Source: Eledone cirrhosa (lineage: Eukaryota). From it: a DNA stretch of 64,000 nt. Within the stretch, counting starts at the first letter, position 1; each line of letters starts with the position of its first letter. Location: positions 62,372,001-62,436,000 of the forward strand of contig OZ024740.1 of the NCBI GenBank assembly GCA_964016885.1, given 5' to 3'. Under the pieces are notes generated by a model, which saw nothing but the letters and a program-made list of their open reading frames with translations, had not been told where the DNA came from and made no database searches. This document shows positions 1 through 12,102 of the stretch, in pieces. The position numbers and the translations under genes were made by a program.

Positions 1-1178
1 ATTTCCTTCAGCGACACAAATTTTCTCTGAGAAGATCAACAACACTGTTCAAACTAGACGATACTGAGATTATTAAACGTGCACTCACATTTAAGTCTTT
101 TGTTGATGGAATAGACTTTTCTAACTACCGTCTCTCCAACATGATTGCTATGGATGGGTCAAAGCTCTCAATCTACAATTGATCAAAGGGGTGCGTCGTC
201 AATTTACATTCCATCCACTGGTTACAAACGTGCACGAGTTACGTGTATCTTGGCAATTCGTCTCGACAGAAGCAAAGCTCCACCTCTTATCATCACTAAA
301 GGCAAGAAAGATAAAATTGAAGGCGTTTCAGGTATCTGTGTTCTGGAAACTGAAAAGGCATGGTGCACACAGGCAGTTTTAAGGAAGTGGGTCGATTTGA
401 TGCTGCCATTAATTTTGCGTGGAACCCAAAGAGGTCTCATAGTCTTGCATTCAGCCAGCACGCACCGCGCCAAAGATATGAAGAACTTTCTTGCAGAAAG
501 AAGAATCAATCAAATCATGATTCCCGCAGGAATGACCGCCTATCTCCAGACTCTTGACATCGCACTGAATAAACCATTCAAGGACCATCTGCACATGGAA
601 ATAAATGACTACATCGAAAACAGAATGGCGAGAAATGAGCGGGGAAATTTTGTGAAGCCCAGCCTTCAAGAGATCGTGACTTGGGTGGGAAATTCATGGA
701 ACAAAATCACAGATAGCTGTGTCATGAATGCACTACGAGCAGGCTATCTGGATAAGGACTCTCCATTCAATTCGACCTCTATCGCTCAACATGAAAGACT
801 AGGGACGAAAATTCTGCAGGCAATTGAGTCACAAGAAAATTCCACAGGAATCATTGAATCCACTGATTTGGAAAACAATGACATTCCAGAGTAGGATGAC
901 ATGATTATTTTTGAATAAATTAGTGGATTATTTCGCTCATGAGTTTTTGAATTAAAGGGTGTATTAATTTTTAATAAATTTGATCTTTCAAGTAAACGTT
1001 GCGCGTAAATGCCGATTGTTTTTTTTCGTAATTTCCAATCATTTAGCGAATTTGTAATTTTCAGTTTCGTAGTGTCATTTTTTCGGTATATGAATCCCCT
1101 CCCCCGAAAATAAGCCGTAGTGGTACATTTTGGAGTAAAAATTAATATAAGCCATGGCTTATAATTGGGGAAACATGG
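1..1178 (+). mobile_element. Tc1/mariner-superfamily pogo/Tc2-like DNA transposon, 3' part (DDE_1-type transposase remnant, ORF 145-894)
   Basis: ORF has pogo-type motifs (RVTCILAI, LIVLHSASTH with the expected Asp lost, IPAGMTAYLQTLDIALNKPFK, IVTWV..SW). Terminus ...GGCTTATAATTGGGGAAACATGG followed by TA at 1179-1180. The left end lies outside the window. Confidence 0.85.
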
Positions 1179-1556
1179 TAATAGTAGAAGAGACAAAGAC
1201 AAGATAGCGTGTATTTGCTAACTAGTTATTGTAGCATGTTGCTTAGTGAGTGTTTGTCAGTTAGTAAATGACTTTGTTTTGGGTGTGGTCCAGGATGTGT
1301 GTATAGGAGCTGTGTCAAACCAGATACGTAAATCACATGTTGGATAGTTAGCAACCTAACAGGAAGACTAATATATGCGTGACATTACCACAGGTGTTGA
1401 AGAAAATTAGTTTCTTATGTCTTCATGAGAGGATGATTTCAATGTCTCTTTTCTTAATGGTAATGTAACTCTGGAGTTAAGTGAATAACATTTGTGTGCT
1501 GAAGGTTTTGAACTCACTATCCTAGTGAGTTCAAACCAGTTTTACCACCAAACCAG

Positions 1557-1738
1557 TTTTCCGGTACCAGTAATGTTTGATTATATCCCACCATCTCAGT
1601 AGTCCAGTACCATCAAGATATTTGACTATATCCCACAAGCTCAGTATTCCAGTCCCAACAAGTATTTGATTATATCCCACCATCCCAGTATTCCAACACC
1701 AACAATATTTGACTATATCTCACCAGCTCGGTATTCCA
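1557..1738. repeat. Degenerate minisatellite, about 4 copies of a 43-45 bp unit
   Basis: TTTGA(T/C)TATATC(C/T)CAC recurs near 1576, 1621, 1665 and 1708. Confidence 0.8.
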
Positions 1739-3259
1739 CGGTGGTGGTGTCAGCAATATATAATAAAGTAAATAGATTTCCGTCTGATGCAGAAGAGGAT
1801 AGATTGACGCAGAGTCTTGGACAATTTATGTTTGAGACACTTTCACCTCTCTCTTTGATCAACTGATCAATTCTTAAGGTGCTGCCTATTTTCATCAAGT
1901 GCCAAATTCTTAGGGGTCGATATTTTGTCCATGGCCAACATAGGTGGCCTACGCAGTCAGGATAAGCTCCACATTTCAATTGTATTCAGAGTTGGAGCCA
2001 AAGTGTGTGGGGGATTTAAATGTTACAGGTCTTCATAGGTTGTCTTGCCATCTAAATGCAGGTGTCATACTGAGCTAAACCTAATTTATGAAGTAGCTCT
2101 AACTTGAGCTAATAGTGCCTCAATTCTGGACCCAGCTGGATTGTCCAAGGTTGATGAGAAGAGGCCAGATGGTATGAGGTAAATATCTCATTTGGGACAC
2201 CAGAGTTAGTGACTCATTTGCTTTTTCCCACATCATGGATACTGTGAAATAAAATTTTAAAATACCAGGAATTATTGGCGAACTATTTTTTCCAGCCTAT
2301 GGCATGCAAGATGCCTGGGGTAGCTGGACCACTGACAACACTGCTAATCATTGTAGGCGGCTCACAATGGTGCTTGGTTATTCTCGCTTTTAGCCTCACT
2401 ATTACCCATGGCAATGCTGTGGGTGTGTTGACTTGCCTTAAAAATGATTAGTGGGAAGCTCTAGTGCCCTTTGTGCCTGATTGTGCTGGTCTTTTCCCCT
2501 TTATCTTTGTTCTTTATCACCCCCCCCCCCCACAATTTTTTCTTCCTTATTCCCCTCTCCACTTTTTTAGTACCCTATATATCTGCATTGACTTATTCAT
2601 TATATAAATTGTATTGATAAATAAATTTCACGTTGAGTGTTCACGTTCGATCAACTGAGCTACCTTATTGAATTAGTGTCAGTGACTTGAGTATTCAATT
2701 GGCCTATATAGCCTGAAGGTAATCGGTGGGCGGAAGCATCATGACACTGTGTGACAAAAGCTGAACCTTTTAATTAAAAGTACACGAATGCGACAGGCTT
2801 ACACACACGCACACATGTATATATGTGTGTGTGTGTGGGGGGGGGGGGGTGTAATTATGCAGACACATACACATGGCCACCCACAAATCAAGGAATGCGT
2901 TGTTTTCATACCTAATCGAAGTTGTGCAGATGTAATTTAATAAAATTAAACATATATGTATATATTTTCTTAAATGTTTTTTTACATGTTAAGCGTCTGG
3001 TCAAAACACTGCCTTTTCAGGTTTAAACGCTTTCTAACGAGTTTTGTTATCAGCAACATACAGTTTGTGGCATTCTGGATTTGTAGGTCACGTCTGAAAA
3101 TAGAACGAGCCGAGTACTTCCTATATTCACATAATTTTTTCAGCAGCTGAATAAACTTTCTTACAAAAATAACTTCAATAATTTGATGGGAGGTAACTGC
3201 AGATTAAAAATAATCTCTATAATTATCTCCCTTATTAATTGTAATTATGGAGCATTATT

Positions 3260-3448
3260 GGTGGATTGGCAGTATCGGTAGAGGGTTGGCCCCATGCTTT
3301 GACGCATAGAGTTACGGCTCTTGCCATTCTGAGTTCAAATCTCGCCGAGGTTAACTTTGCCTTTCATCCTTACGGGGTCGATAAAATAAAGTACCAGTAA
3401 TGCGCTGGGATAATTTCTGGCCTTGTACCAAAAGTAGAAACAATTATT
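3260..3448 (+). mobile_element. tRNA-derived SINE with a Deu/Nin-like core
   Basis: A-box-like head, B-box GAGTTCAAATC, core GCCTTTCATCCTTACGGGGTCGATAAAATAAAGTACCAG and an ATT-type tail. Near-identical copies occur elsewhere in the window. Confidence 0.8.
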
Positions 3449-3887
3449 GCTATCTAATCTCCCTTTCACCCCTCTCCGTCTATATATAAGTACTCACTTA
3501 AAAATGTAGTAGTAAGGTCGATTTTAAGAAACCCCTCAAAGGACTGCTGGCCAATTAGAATTCCCTTGTTCAGAATTTGGTAGTTATGGATTTATTATTA
3601 ATCATGACCAGCTGATTCTCAACGAAATTTGAAAGAGTACTGTACTAGCTTAAACATGGATTTTTGTGTTAAACTAGGAGGATACTGGCTATTTCAATTA
3701 ATGAAATTGTGAGTACTTTAACGTTTCCATATGTTAACTGATTTCATGGGTTAGGCTTCTGACTGGGTGTGTTGTCTTACAATGAATCCTATGCATATGC
3801 TCCAAATGAATTGAGCAAATTGTAAATGAGATGGAAATGACTGGATATTGATCTAAACTCCTATTATCGTTATATATATATATATAT

Positions 3888-4181
3888 AGGGTAAAGGGTA
3901 GAGACTCCTTCGGTCATGACTGACCATGCTATTTGCACCTAGAAAGTTCCCCTCCAAGGCACAAATCTGGGCAAGGTTGTTTGTGGAAGATCACCAGTTG
4001 CATACCACTCTTCCCTCTCCATGCCACTGATGTTGTCCAAGGCAAAAGGCAATGGCCGATAAAGCTTGGCACTAGTGATGCTGCAACTCATTTCTACAGC
4101 TGAGTGAACTGGAGCAATGTGAAATAAAGTGTTTTGCTCAAGGACACAACACAAAGCCCTGTCCGAGAATCAAACTCACTT
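3888..4181 (-). mobile_element. tRNA-derived SINE, second family
   Basis: Minus strand reads B-box-like GAGTTTGATTC then TGTTGTGTCCTTGAGCAAAACACTTTATTTCACATTGCTCCAGTTCACTCAGCTG. The same core appears near 13970, 33620, 40480 and 46160. Confidence 0.75.
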
Positions 4182-4183
4182 TG

Positions 4184-4228
<45 letters not shown>

Positions 4229-4811
4229 AATCGAGAAAAGTCCGTCATCAGTAATCTGCTGATTCTCATTGGTATTTCTTCGCATTAAAGAGTAGATACC
4301 TAAAATCAGTGCGAGCGATAACTAAATTAAGTTATCGGGACAGAGGAAAGTGAACAAACAACATGGTAGTAAAGAGAGGAAAAGAGAGACAAGTCAATGA
4401 ATCTTGTGGGCTTAAGTCCGACAAATCAAATGACGAGAAGAAAATAGACACGTCCGAGCCACGAAAAAATTGAGGGAGGAAAGAATTAACGCAGGTCAGA
4501 CGGGAGGAAGTGAGAGAGGAGGAGTAGCAGAGAGTGAGTGAGTGAAAGTGTGCTGAAGGGGCCAGCTGAGTGTGTGACCAGCAGCGGGGATAGAGGAAAG
4601 TAAGAGGTAAGGGGGAGAGAGAGAAAGAGGAAAGCAGTAAGGTAACAGAAAAAAAAGAACCACAGCGAATATATATATATATATAAGGAAAAGAATTTGA
4701 AAATGGAACTGGAGTCTTTTAAGAATATTTATTTACTTTACCTGTTTCATAGTTCTTATGATTTTCAAAAGATCATTTTTGATCTTTTGACTCTACTTAT
4801 ATATATATATA

Positions 4812-6231
4812 TACTTGATGGATTAGGTTATGAAAGTGGCAGAGAGAATATTAGCACAACTGATTAGAGAAAAGGTCAAATTAGATGAGATGCAGTTTGG
4901 TTTTGTGCCTCGGAAAAGTACAACAGATGCCCTCTTCTTAGTGTGACAACTACAAGAGAGGTTCTTAGAGAAGAATAAGCCACTATACTTAGCTTTTGTT
5001 GACCTAGAGAAGGCCTTTGATAAGGTACCCCAATCTGTCATCTGGTGGTCCCTAAGGAAACTAGGTGTAGAGGAATGGCTTGTGAGGACAGTGCAAGCTA
5101 TGTACAGGGGTGCTGTCAGTAAAGTGAGAGTAGAAATGGAGTTTAGTGAGGAATTCCAGATACAAGTAGGTGAACATCAGGGTTCGGTCCTCATAACAGA
5201 GGAGTTTAAGACTGGATGTCCATAGGAACTTCTCTATGCTGATGATCTGGTTCTTATAGCAGAATCAGTAGAGGAGCTAGAGAATAAATTCTGGCTATGG
5301 AAACAGCAGTTGGAAGCAAGAGGACTGAGAGTGAATCTAGCTAAGACAAAAGTGTTGATGAGTAGAAAAGAGGACAAAACCCTGATTCCGTCAGGGAAAT
5401 GGCCATGTTCGATATGTTGGAAAGGAACTGGCATAAATTCCATAAAATGTACGCAATGCAGATCCTGGGTACACAAGAGATGTAGTGGGATAGCAGTTAA
5501 ACTAAGAGGTAGAGAAAACTACATATGCAGTAGATGTACAGGAAAAGTTGGCAGTAGTAAATACAGTGAGAGACACATTTTTCCAATGCAGGTGGGTTCT
5601 ATAGAAGTGGTTGATAGCTTCTGGTACCTAAGTGATCAGACTAGCATGGGAGGGGGGTGTTCCGAGGCCATAGTATCTAGAATATGGACGGGTTGGAAGA
5701 AGTTTAGGGAGCTGCTTCCTCTGTTGACAAAGAAGGGTTTCTCCCTGCATACAAAAGGATGGTTATATGATGTCTGTGTGAGATGCGCGGTGCTGCATGG
5801 TAGTGAGACATGGGCAGCAACTGCAGAGGATATGCGACAGCTGGAGAGAAATGAAGCAAGCATGCTCCGTTGGATGTGCAATGTCAATGTGTGTGAACGA
5901 CTAAGCATAGAGGAGTTGAAAAAGAAACTGGGAATAAGAGGGATAAGTTGTGGTGTGCAAGAGAGAAGACTGAGATGGTATGGACATGTGATGCGCATGG
6001 AGGGTGACCGCTGGGTAAAGAAGTGCCAAGAAATCCCAGTAGAAGGAAGACGCAGTAGAGGTAGACCACGAAAAACATGGGCGGAGGTGGTGAGAGCAGA
6101 CCTCAGATCGCTGAAACTCACGGAGGAGATGACGAAGGACCGTGACAAGTGGAGAGATGCTGTGCTGAATAGGACCCGTCCAACCCTTGCAAGCAGGGAA
6201 AAACGGACGTAAAATGATGATGATGATGATA
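4812..6231 (+). mobile_element. 5'-truncated RTE-clade LINE (RT C-terminal half with PHD finger), disrupted
   Basis: QFGF, FVDLEKAFD and LYADD motifs with stops. ORF 5310-6212 has C4HC3 and LHGSETW...RLRWYGHVMRM...GRPRKTW. 3' tail GGACGTAAAA(TGA)n; flanked by (TA)n. Confidence 0.92.
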
Positions 6232-6426
6232 TATATATATACATATTAATTAGTCAAGGAAAGAAGATTTCAGTAATTGCCATCACATAAAAATACCTGT
6301 AAACAGGTTTTTGTAAATCAGTAATCCTTTCCTTTTATATAAAGTTTAGTTTTAATACATATATTATTGTTTTGCATCTATAATTTAATTTAAGGATGTT
6401 TTTACTTTTTCTTTTATATAGCAATT

Positions 6427-6498
6427 ATGCCGACCAAATATTTAATTCAGAATAAACGTAAGAGCTTTGACCAGGATTTTTTTGATGATTGCATGCAG
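6427..6498 (+). CDS. Host gene, coding exon 1 (MPTKYLIQNKRKSFDQDFFDDCMQ)
   Basis: Polypyrimidine tract with AG at 6420-6421, ATG at 6427, donor CAG|GTGAGT at 6498/6499. Phase 0, in frame with the next exon. Confidence 0.7.
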
Positions 6499-6812
6499 GT
6501 GAGTTGGAAACTGAAATATGTGTTATTTCAGATAAGTTTTCAAATATTGTTATATTTGTCCATGGAATTGACACGTCAGGTAATTGGTGTACCCTATGTC
6601 TGGAACTTTATGTATTGTCAAGTATGAGATCAACCTATGACAAGGTCACATGTTCTAAATTAGCAGTGACATCTATTTATTGAGAAGTGAGACCCTTCAA
6701 AAACTTGTAGTCTGTGGGAAAATCCATTTAAATAAAAGTGCTCCTTGATATTGAAAAGTTTGAGAGCCACTTAGTTGGCTGAAGGCTGAATGGATAGAGT
6801 ATCATATTTATT

Positions 6813-6982
6813 CAATGCTAGATTTAGGACAAATGAGGCCCTTTGCTAGTTAAGTTATGAGGCCCCTTACATTTGAAAAATTCATTGTAAAAACTTTTTT
6901 TATGAGGAAGATGCCACCCATCCCCCGGCCAATAGGGCCCTGTGCTTAAGCACACCTAAGCACAATGGTAAATCTGGCACTG
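6813..6982. mobile_element. hAT-like MITE
   Basis: Imperfect TIRs CAATGCTAGATTTA / TAAATCTGGCACTG. 8-bp flanks TATTTATT and GATTTATT match at 7/8. Confidence 0.55.
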
Positions 6983-7651
6983 GATTTATTAATGAAGGAT
7001 CCCTAGTTTGTGTCTTCATACGCCACTAAATCCTTAGCCAATGCACTGTGTATACTTAAATATAAGATGGCACTAAACATAGTATTTTAATAAACATCCC
7101 ATTTTAATAATATAAGAACAGTGAGATAATTTGTAAAGACATTTTCAAGGGATAGTTTTTGTCATATAGAAAGACTATTCTATATACATGGTACAGCTGT
7201 ACGAGTAAAAGTCACTACTTATAAGGTAGATTTAATTCATTGCCCAGTTTAACACCACTTCTTGGCCCTAGGATGTCTTTAGCAGAATTCACACTGTTGC
7301 AATTATTTGAGCCAGATCCCTGGCTTGCAGATACGATCCTCTCTTTCCCTCCCACTTGTTGTATGGACTGGGAATCGAACTCACAACCTCATTGTTGTAT
7401 GGACTGTTAAATTCGATTTGTTCAATTTACACGTGCTCACACATTTGCATATGCATCACGTGACCTGGGCAGTCAGTCAGCGTTGGTATTAAAAACTCGG
7501 TCACAGACTGCTACTGACTTACTTTATGTTATTCTGCTACTGCGAGGAAGGGCGTTTTAGTTGTTTCGCAAATTACACAAATTATTTGATATAACTCGTT
7601 GTGTTTTCTCTGCGAGTACCGAGAGGAATACAACAGTTTATTGGCGTCGAC

Positions 7652-7826
7652 GATAGGATTTACCTACATTGCCGATAGGATTTACCTACATTGACGATAG
7701 GATTTACCTACATTGCCGATAGGATTTACCTACATTGCCGATAGGATTTACCTACATTGCCAATAGGATTACCTACATTGCTGATAGGATTTACCTACAT
7801 TGCCGATAGGATTTACCTACATTGCC
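7652..7826 (+). repeat. Tandem array of 8 x 22 bp (GATAGGATTTACCTACATTGCC) in the LTR element leader
   Basis: Directly visible. One copy is 21 bp. The array starts inside the PBS. Confidence 0.95.
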
Positions 7827-7849
7827 GGGCAATTGTTTATAACAAAAAC

Positions 7850-8893
7850 ATGGCGGAACAACAAACAGCGGAGCTAATAAAGTTGTTTAGAGAACAGATG
7901 GAACAACAAATGCAACAGCAGGAACAACAAATGCAACAACACAAGAAAGATATGGACACTCTGATAAAACTGTTTGGTGCTCGAGATTCTGAACAACAGA
8001 GTTTATTGGCGTCGCCAGTTGCTTCGACACCAACAGCATTCATCCCACCATTTGCTGCTTTTGATTCAACAACAGAACTATGGCCTGATTACTGGTCAAG
8101 ATTCTGCACGTTTGTGGCTGCTAACGCTGTACCCGAGCAACGCATGGCACAAGTGTTCCTGACTAATCAGATGGCTGCTATCTACAAACAACTTGCAAAT
8201 CTGGCTGCTCAACAAAATCCGCCTAAGAATATCAACAAGTTGACAATGGACGAAATTGTTGACTTCATGAAAGAACAGTTCGACCCAAAACTTTTCATTG
8301 TGAGAGAACGTTTCAAGTTCTGGAGTGACATGCAACGGAAGCCAGGCGAAACTCTCCAGGAGCTGGCAGCACGTATACGTCAGGATGCAGCTACCTGTGA
8401 TTTTCCTTCGATCACAAATCCACAAGATGAAGCTCTAAGACAGAGATTTATATGTTCTGTCAATAATGAAGCTGTGTTGAAGGCTATTTTCAAGATCAAG
8501 GATACAGAACTAGATTTCGCCCGTGCTGTCCAAGTTACCATCGGGACCGAAGACGCAGCAAAGGTTGCCAAGGAAACTGTTTACGGTTCCAAAACCAAGC
8601 AAGTCTACAAGGTCCAGCAGAACAAGAACAAGGGTCCTCGAAAGAACCATCAGCAGTCTTATTCCACAGACCAGGAGATGTGCTACCGATGTGGAAAGGC
8701 CCACAAAGCGACAGACTGCCCCTTCAAAGAAGCCAAATGTCATTTTTGTGACAAAAAGGGACATTTGCAAGCGGTGTGTAGAAAGAAACATCAGCAACGT
8801 AATCATCGCTCACAGAATTACGTGAAAAGAATCACGAAAGCTGAGCTAGTCAAGGCGATCCTTCTGAAGTTCCCCACGATACTCATAGTTTGA
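7850..8893 (+). CDS. Gag of element 1
   Basis: Likely ATG at 7850. Q-rich coiled coil, ERFKFW..QRKPGETL motif and two zinc knuckles (CYRCGKAHKATDC, CHFCDKKGHLQAVC). Confidence 0.9.
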   Translation: MAEQQTAELIKLFREQMEQQMQQQEQQMQQHKKDMDTLIKLFGARDSEQQSLLASPVASTPTAFIPPFAAFDSTTELWPDYWSRFCTFVAANAVPEQRMAQVFLTNQMAAIYKQLANLAAQQNPPKNINKLTMDEIVDFMKEQFDPKLFIVRERFKFWSDMQRKPGETLQELAARIRQDAATCDFPSITNPQDEALRQRFICSVNNEAVLKAIFKIKDTELDFARAVQVTIGTEDAAKVAKETVYGSKTKQVYKVQQNKNKGPRKNHQQSYSTDQEMCYRCGKAHKATDCPFKEAKCHFCDKKGHLQAVCRKKHQQRNHRSQNYVKRITKAELVKAILLKFPTILIV

Positions 8894-11800
8894 ATGTGCC
8901 AATAACAATCCAGAACAGACTTTTCACAATGGAATTGGACACAGCTACTACAGGCAATTTTGTTTCCTTGTCAGTTTGGAAACAATTAGGAAAACCGAAG
9001 CTGCAAGATGTCAAACATCGGTTTGAATCTGCCAGCAAGCACGACCTACCCGTTCTGGGAACTTTCATGGGCCAAACCAAGGATCCAACGACCGGTAAAC
9101 GGAATTCAATACCCTACATCGTCACCAAGATCCCTGATCTTAATTTGCTGGGACGAAACGCTATCCAGACTCTGGGAATTTCCGTGGACAATGCTCTAGG
9201 ATTGAAAAGCATAGACAGCCAGGCCAAGAGTGAGGGTGCAGAAGTGATGCATCCAAAGACCTCAAATGAGCCCTATATTTCCATGCAACGAGATTGTCAC
9301 AACATGTGTGATGAATTCCCAGATCTCTTCAAGCAAGAATTGGGATGTCTTAATGACTTCGAACTGGAAGTGAAGTTCAAGTCGGACGCGACACCGGTCT
9401 TTCACAAGGCACGCTCGGTCCCGTTTGCTCTTCGTGATGACCTGGCCAAAGGTTACGAAGAAGGCATCGCCAAAGGAATCTGGAAGCCAGTACAGTTCAA
9501 CGAATACGGAACGCCAGTGGTACCGATTCGTAAAGCACATACTTCAGGACCTGAAGCCCAAACTACGGATTTGTGGTGACTACTCTGTGGGAATTAATGA
9601 CCAACTTGCAGATCATCGTCATCCAATGCCACTCCCAGAGGAACTGATGCAGAAGCTCGGAGGTGGATTCGGATACACAAAGATTGATCTTGCTGATGCC
9701 TATAATCAGATCAAGCTGGCTCCAGAAAGTCAACGCAGGCTTGCACTCAGCACTCACCGTGGGGTGCTCCTGCAGGAACGACTCCCTTTCGGAATCAAGT
9801 CAGCACCTGGTTACTTTCAGATCATGGAAAACCTGACTCAAGATCTACCTGGTGTGGCCGTCTTCCAGGACGACATGCTCGTCAGTGGGAAAGATGCAAA
9901 CGATCACCTGAACAACCTAAAGTGTCTGCTCGCACGTCTGTGCGACAAAGGACTCAGATGTCGCCGTGACAAGTGCCAGTTTGCACTACCCAGTGTGGAA
10001 TACTTTGGACACACCTTGTCGGCTGAAGGGATCGCGAAGGGATCCAAGGGCGAAGTAGTTTTAAAGATGCCACCTCCAACGAACGTCTCAAGCTTGAAGT
10101 CTTTCCTGGGTTCAGTTCAGTTCTATGGAAAGTTTATCCCAAACCTGGCCAGCATGGCAGAGCCACTCTATTGCCTTACGAAAAAAACGACTACTTGGAA
10201 GTGGGGAGATGAAGAACAGTCATCTTTCGATCAGTTGAAAAATGTGCTTTCATCGGATCGAGTTCTGATACACTTCGATCCAAACAAAACTTTGGGACTG
10301 GCTTGCGACGCGTCAAACGTTGGTATTGGAGCAGTCCTGTTTCATCGCTATCCTGATGGAAGCGAGCGCCCAATATCCAATGTGTCCAAGACTCTTACTT
10401 CTGCACAGCGTAACTACGGCCAAATTCAAAAGGAAGCCCTGGCCATCATATTTGGCTTGCAGAAGTTCTATCAGTATCTGTACGGACATCAGTTTATACT
10501 CGTAACTGACCACAAGCCACTGACATCACTGTTCAGTCCGAGGAAAGGGACGCCACTTCTCGCTGCTAACCGACTAGCACAGTGGGCCCTGTGGCTGAAC
10601 CAGTTTGACTACACCATCGAATATCGGAAAACAGCGGATCATGGAAATGCAGATGCCCTCAGTCGCTTGCCATTTGGTAATGACATCGACTTTGACAGGA
10701 AGGAAAATGGTGAAGACATGGACATGGTGTGCGCCATCAAAGCTCTCAGTCTTCAAGTCCAACCTATCGATTCTAACGTCCTCCGTCAAGAGTCAGGGAA
10801 AGATCCAGTAATATCTACAGTGATACGCTACGTCCGTGAAGGCTGGCCACCAAAGAATACTGAGATCAATGACGAAGTCAATAAGTTCCGGAAGTTATCG
10901 GATTCACTCAGTATCTGCCACGGATGCCTTATCCATGGATCGACAGTTGTGATTCCACATAGCTTACAGCCAAAGATCCTCAATCTTCTGCATCTTGGAC
11001 ACTTTGGCATGGAGCGCATGAAACAATTGGCAAGAACTGCTGTTTATTGGCCTGGTATCGATGCTGCTATAGAGAAAACCAGTCGACAAAGTGATTCGTG
11101 TGGTGAACATCAAAACCAGCCATCCAAGTCTCCAGTTCACCCATGGATGTTACCTGAAAAGCCGTGGAGCCGCTTACACCTGGACCACGCAATAAATTTC
11201 ATGGGCAGTAATTGGTTGGTGATCACGGATGCTTATTCCAAGTATCCATGCATTCATCCTACGTCATCCACGTCCTCCAGAGCCACTTTAGATCTGCTTG
11301 AAGAAGACTTTGCGCACTTCGGATTTCCTCACATGCTAGTCACCGATAACGCACCAACTTTTATTTCTGAGGAGTTCCAGAGCTGGTGCAAAGAACGTGG
11401 GATCATGCACCTGACAGGGGCACCTTACCACCCAGCTACTAACGGAGCAGTGGAACGTTTGGTGCAGACCTTCAAACAAGCTCTGAGGAAGACTTCTCTT
11501 CCACCGAAGTGAGCACTTCAAGAGTTCTTGATGCAGTACCGGAGAACACCGACATCCAGTGGATTCTCTCCGAGTGAACTTTTGAATCACCGGCAGATAC
11601 GGACAAGGATTGATTCTCTGCTGCCCTCGCCAGCACACATCGCTCAAGGCAAGCAGTCTAAGGAAGCATATAAGTCTCAGATGACTCCGGACTCGGCAGG
11701 TGTCGCTAAGGTTACCAGGCAGTACAAGGCTGGAGATCCTGTGTATGCACTGTACTACGGACCTCGCCGAGACAAAGATCCCCGATGGGTACCAGCAATC

Positions 11801-12102
11801 ATTAAGAAGTCATTGGGTACTCGCTGCTTCAACGTGAAGGTCATACCTCATGGCCCGGTGTGGAGATGACACTGGGAACAGCTGCAACCGCGGTACACTA
11901 CTGAGGAAGACAATGAACCTGGTGATGCAGTAGACACTGTTTTTGAATTTGCAACAGATCACCTGATGGAGATCTCGGAAATCGTGCCACTAACTCCAAG
12001 ACAGACCAGACCCAAGACCTTATTGCCCGTTCCAGAGTATGGACCAGACAATCGAAGACGGTCCAAGAGAACTCGTAAATCCCCAGAGAGACTTTGCTAT
12101 TG
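8890..12102 (+). pseudogene. Pol of element 1 (protease, RT, RNase H, integrase), with frameshifts and stops
   Basis: Protease ELDTA; RT KIDLADAY, LPFGIKSAP and FQDD; RNase H CDAS...TDHKPL; integrase LHLGH, TDN and VER. Breaks near 9550, 11510 and 11867. Confidence 0.92.

Noticed and set aside
4230-4260. Minus-strand CTGATGA as a hammerhead
   Set aside because: No GAAA or stem III follows; the sequence runs into (TA)n. At most a truncated relic.
5636-6244. Long antisense ORFs over RTE copies (also 24825-25463 and 25503-25988)
   Set aside because: Shadow ORFs of the RT coding strand with no independent motifs.
7652-7826. CRISPR-like array
   Set aside because: Units are contiguous with no unique spacers, there are no cas genes, and the context is a eukaryotic LTR leader.
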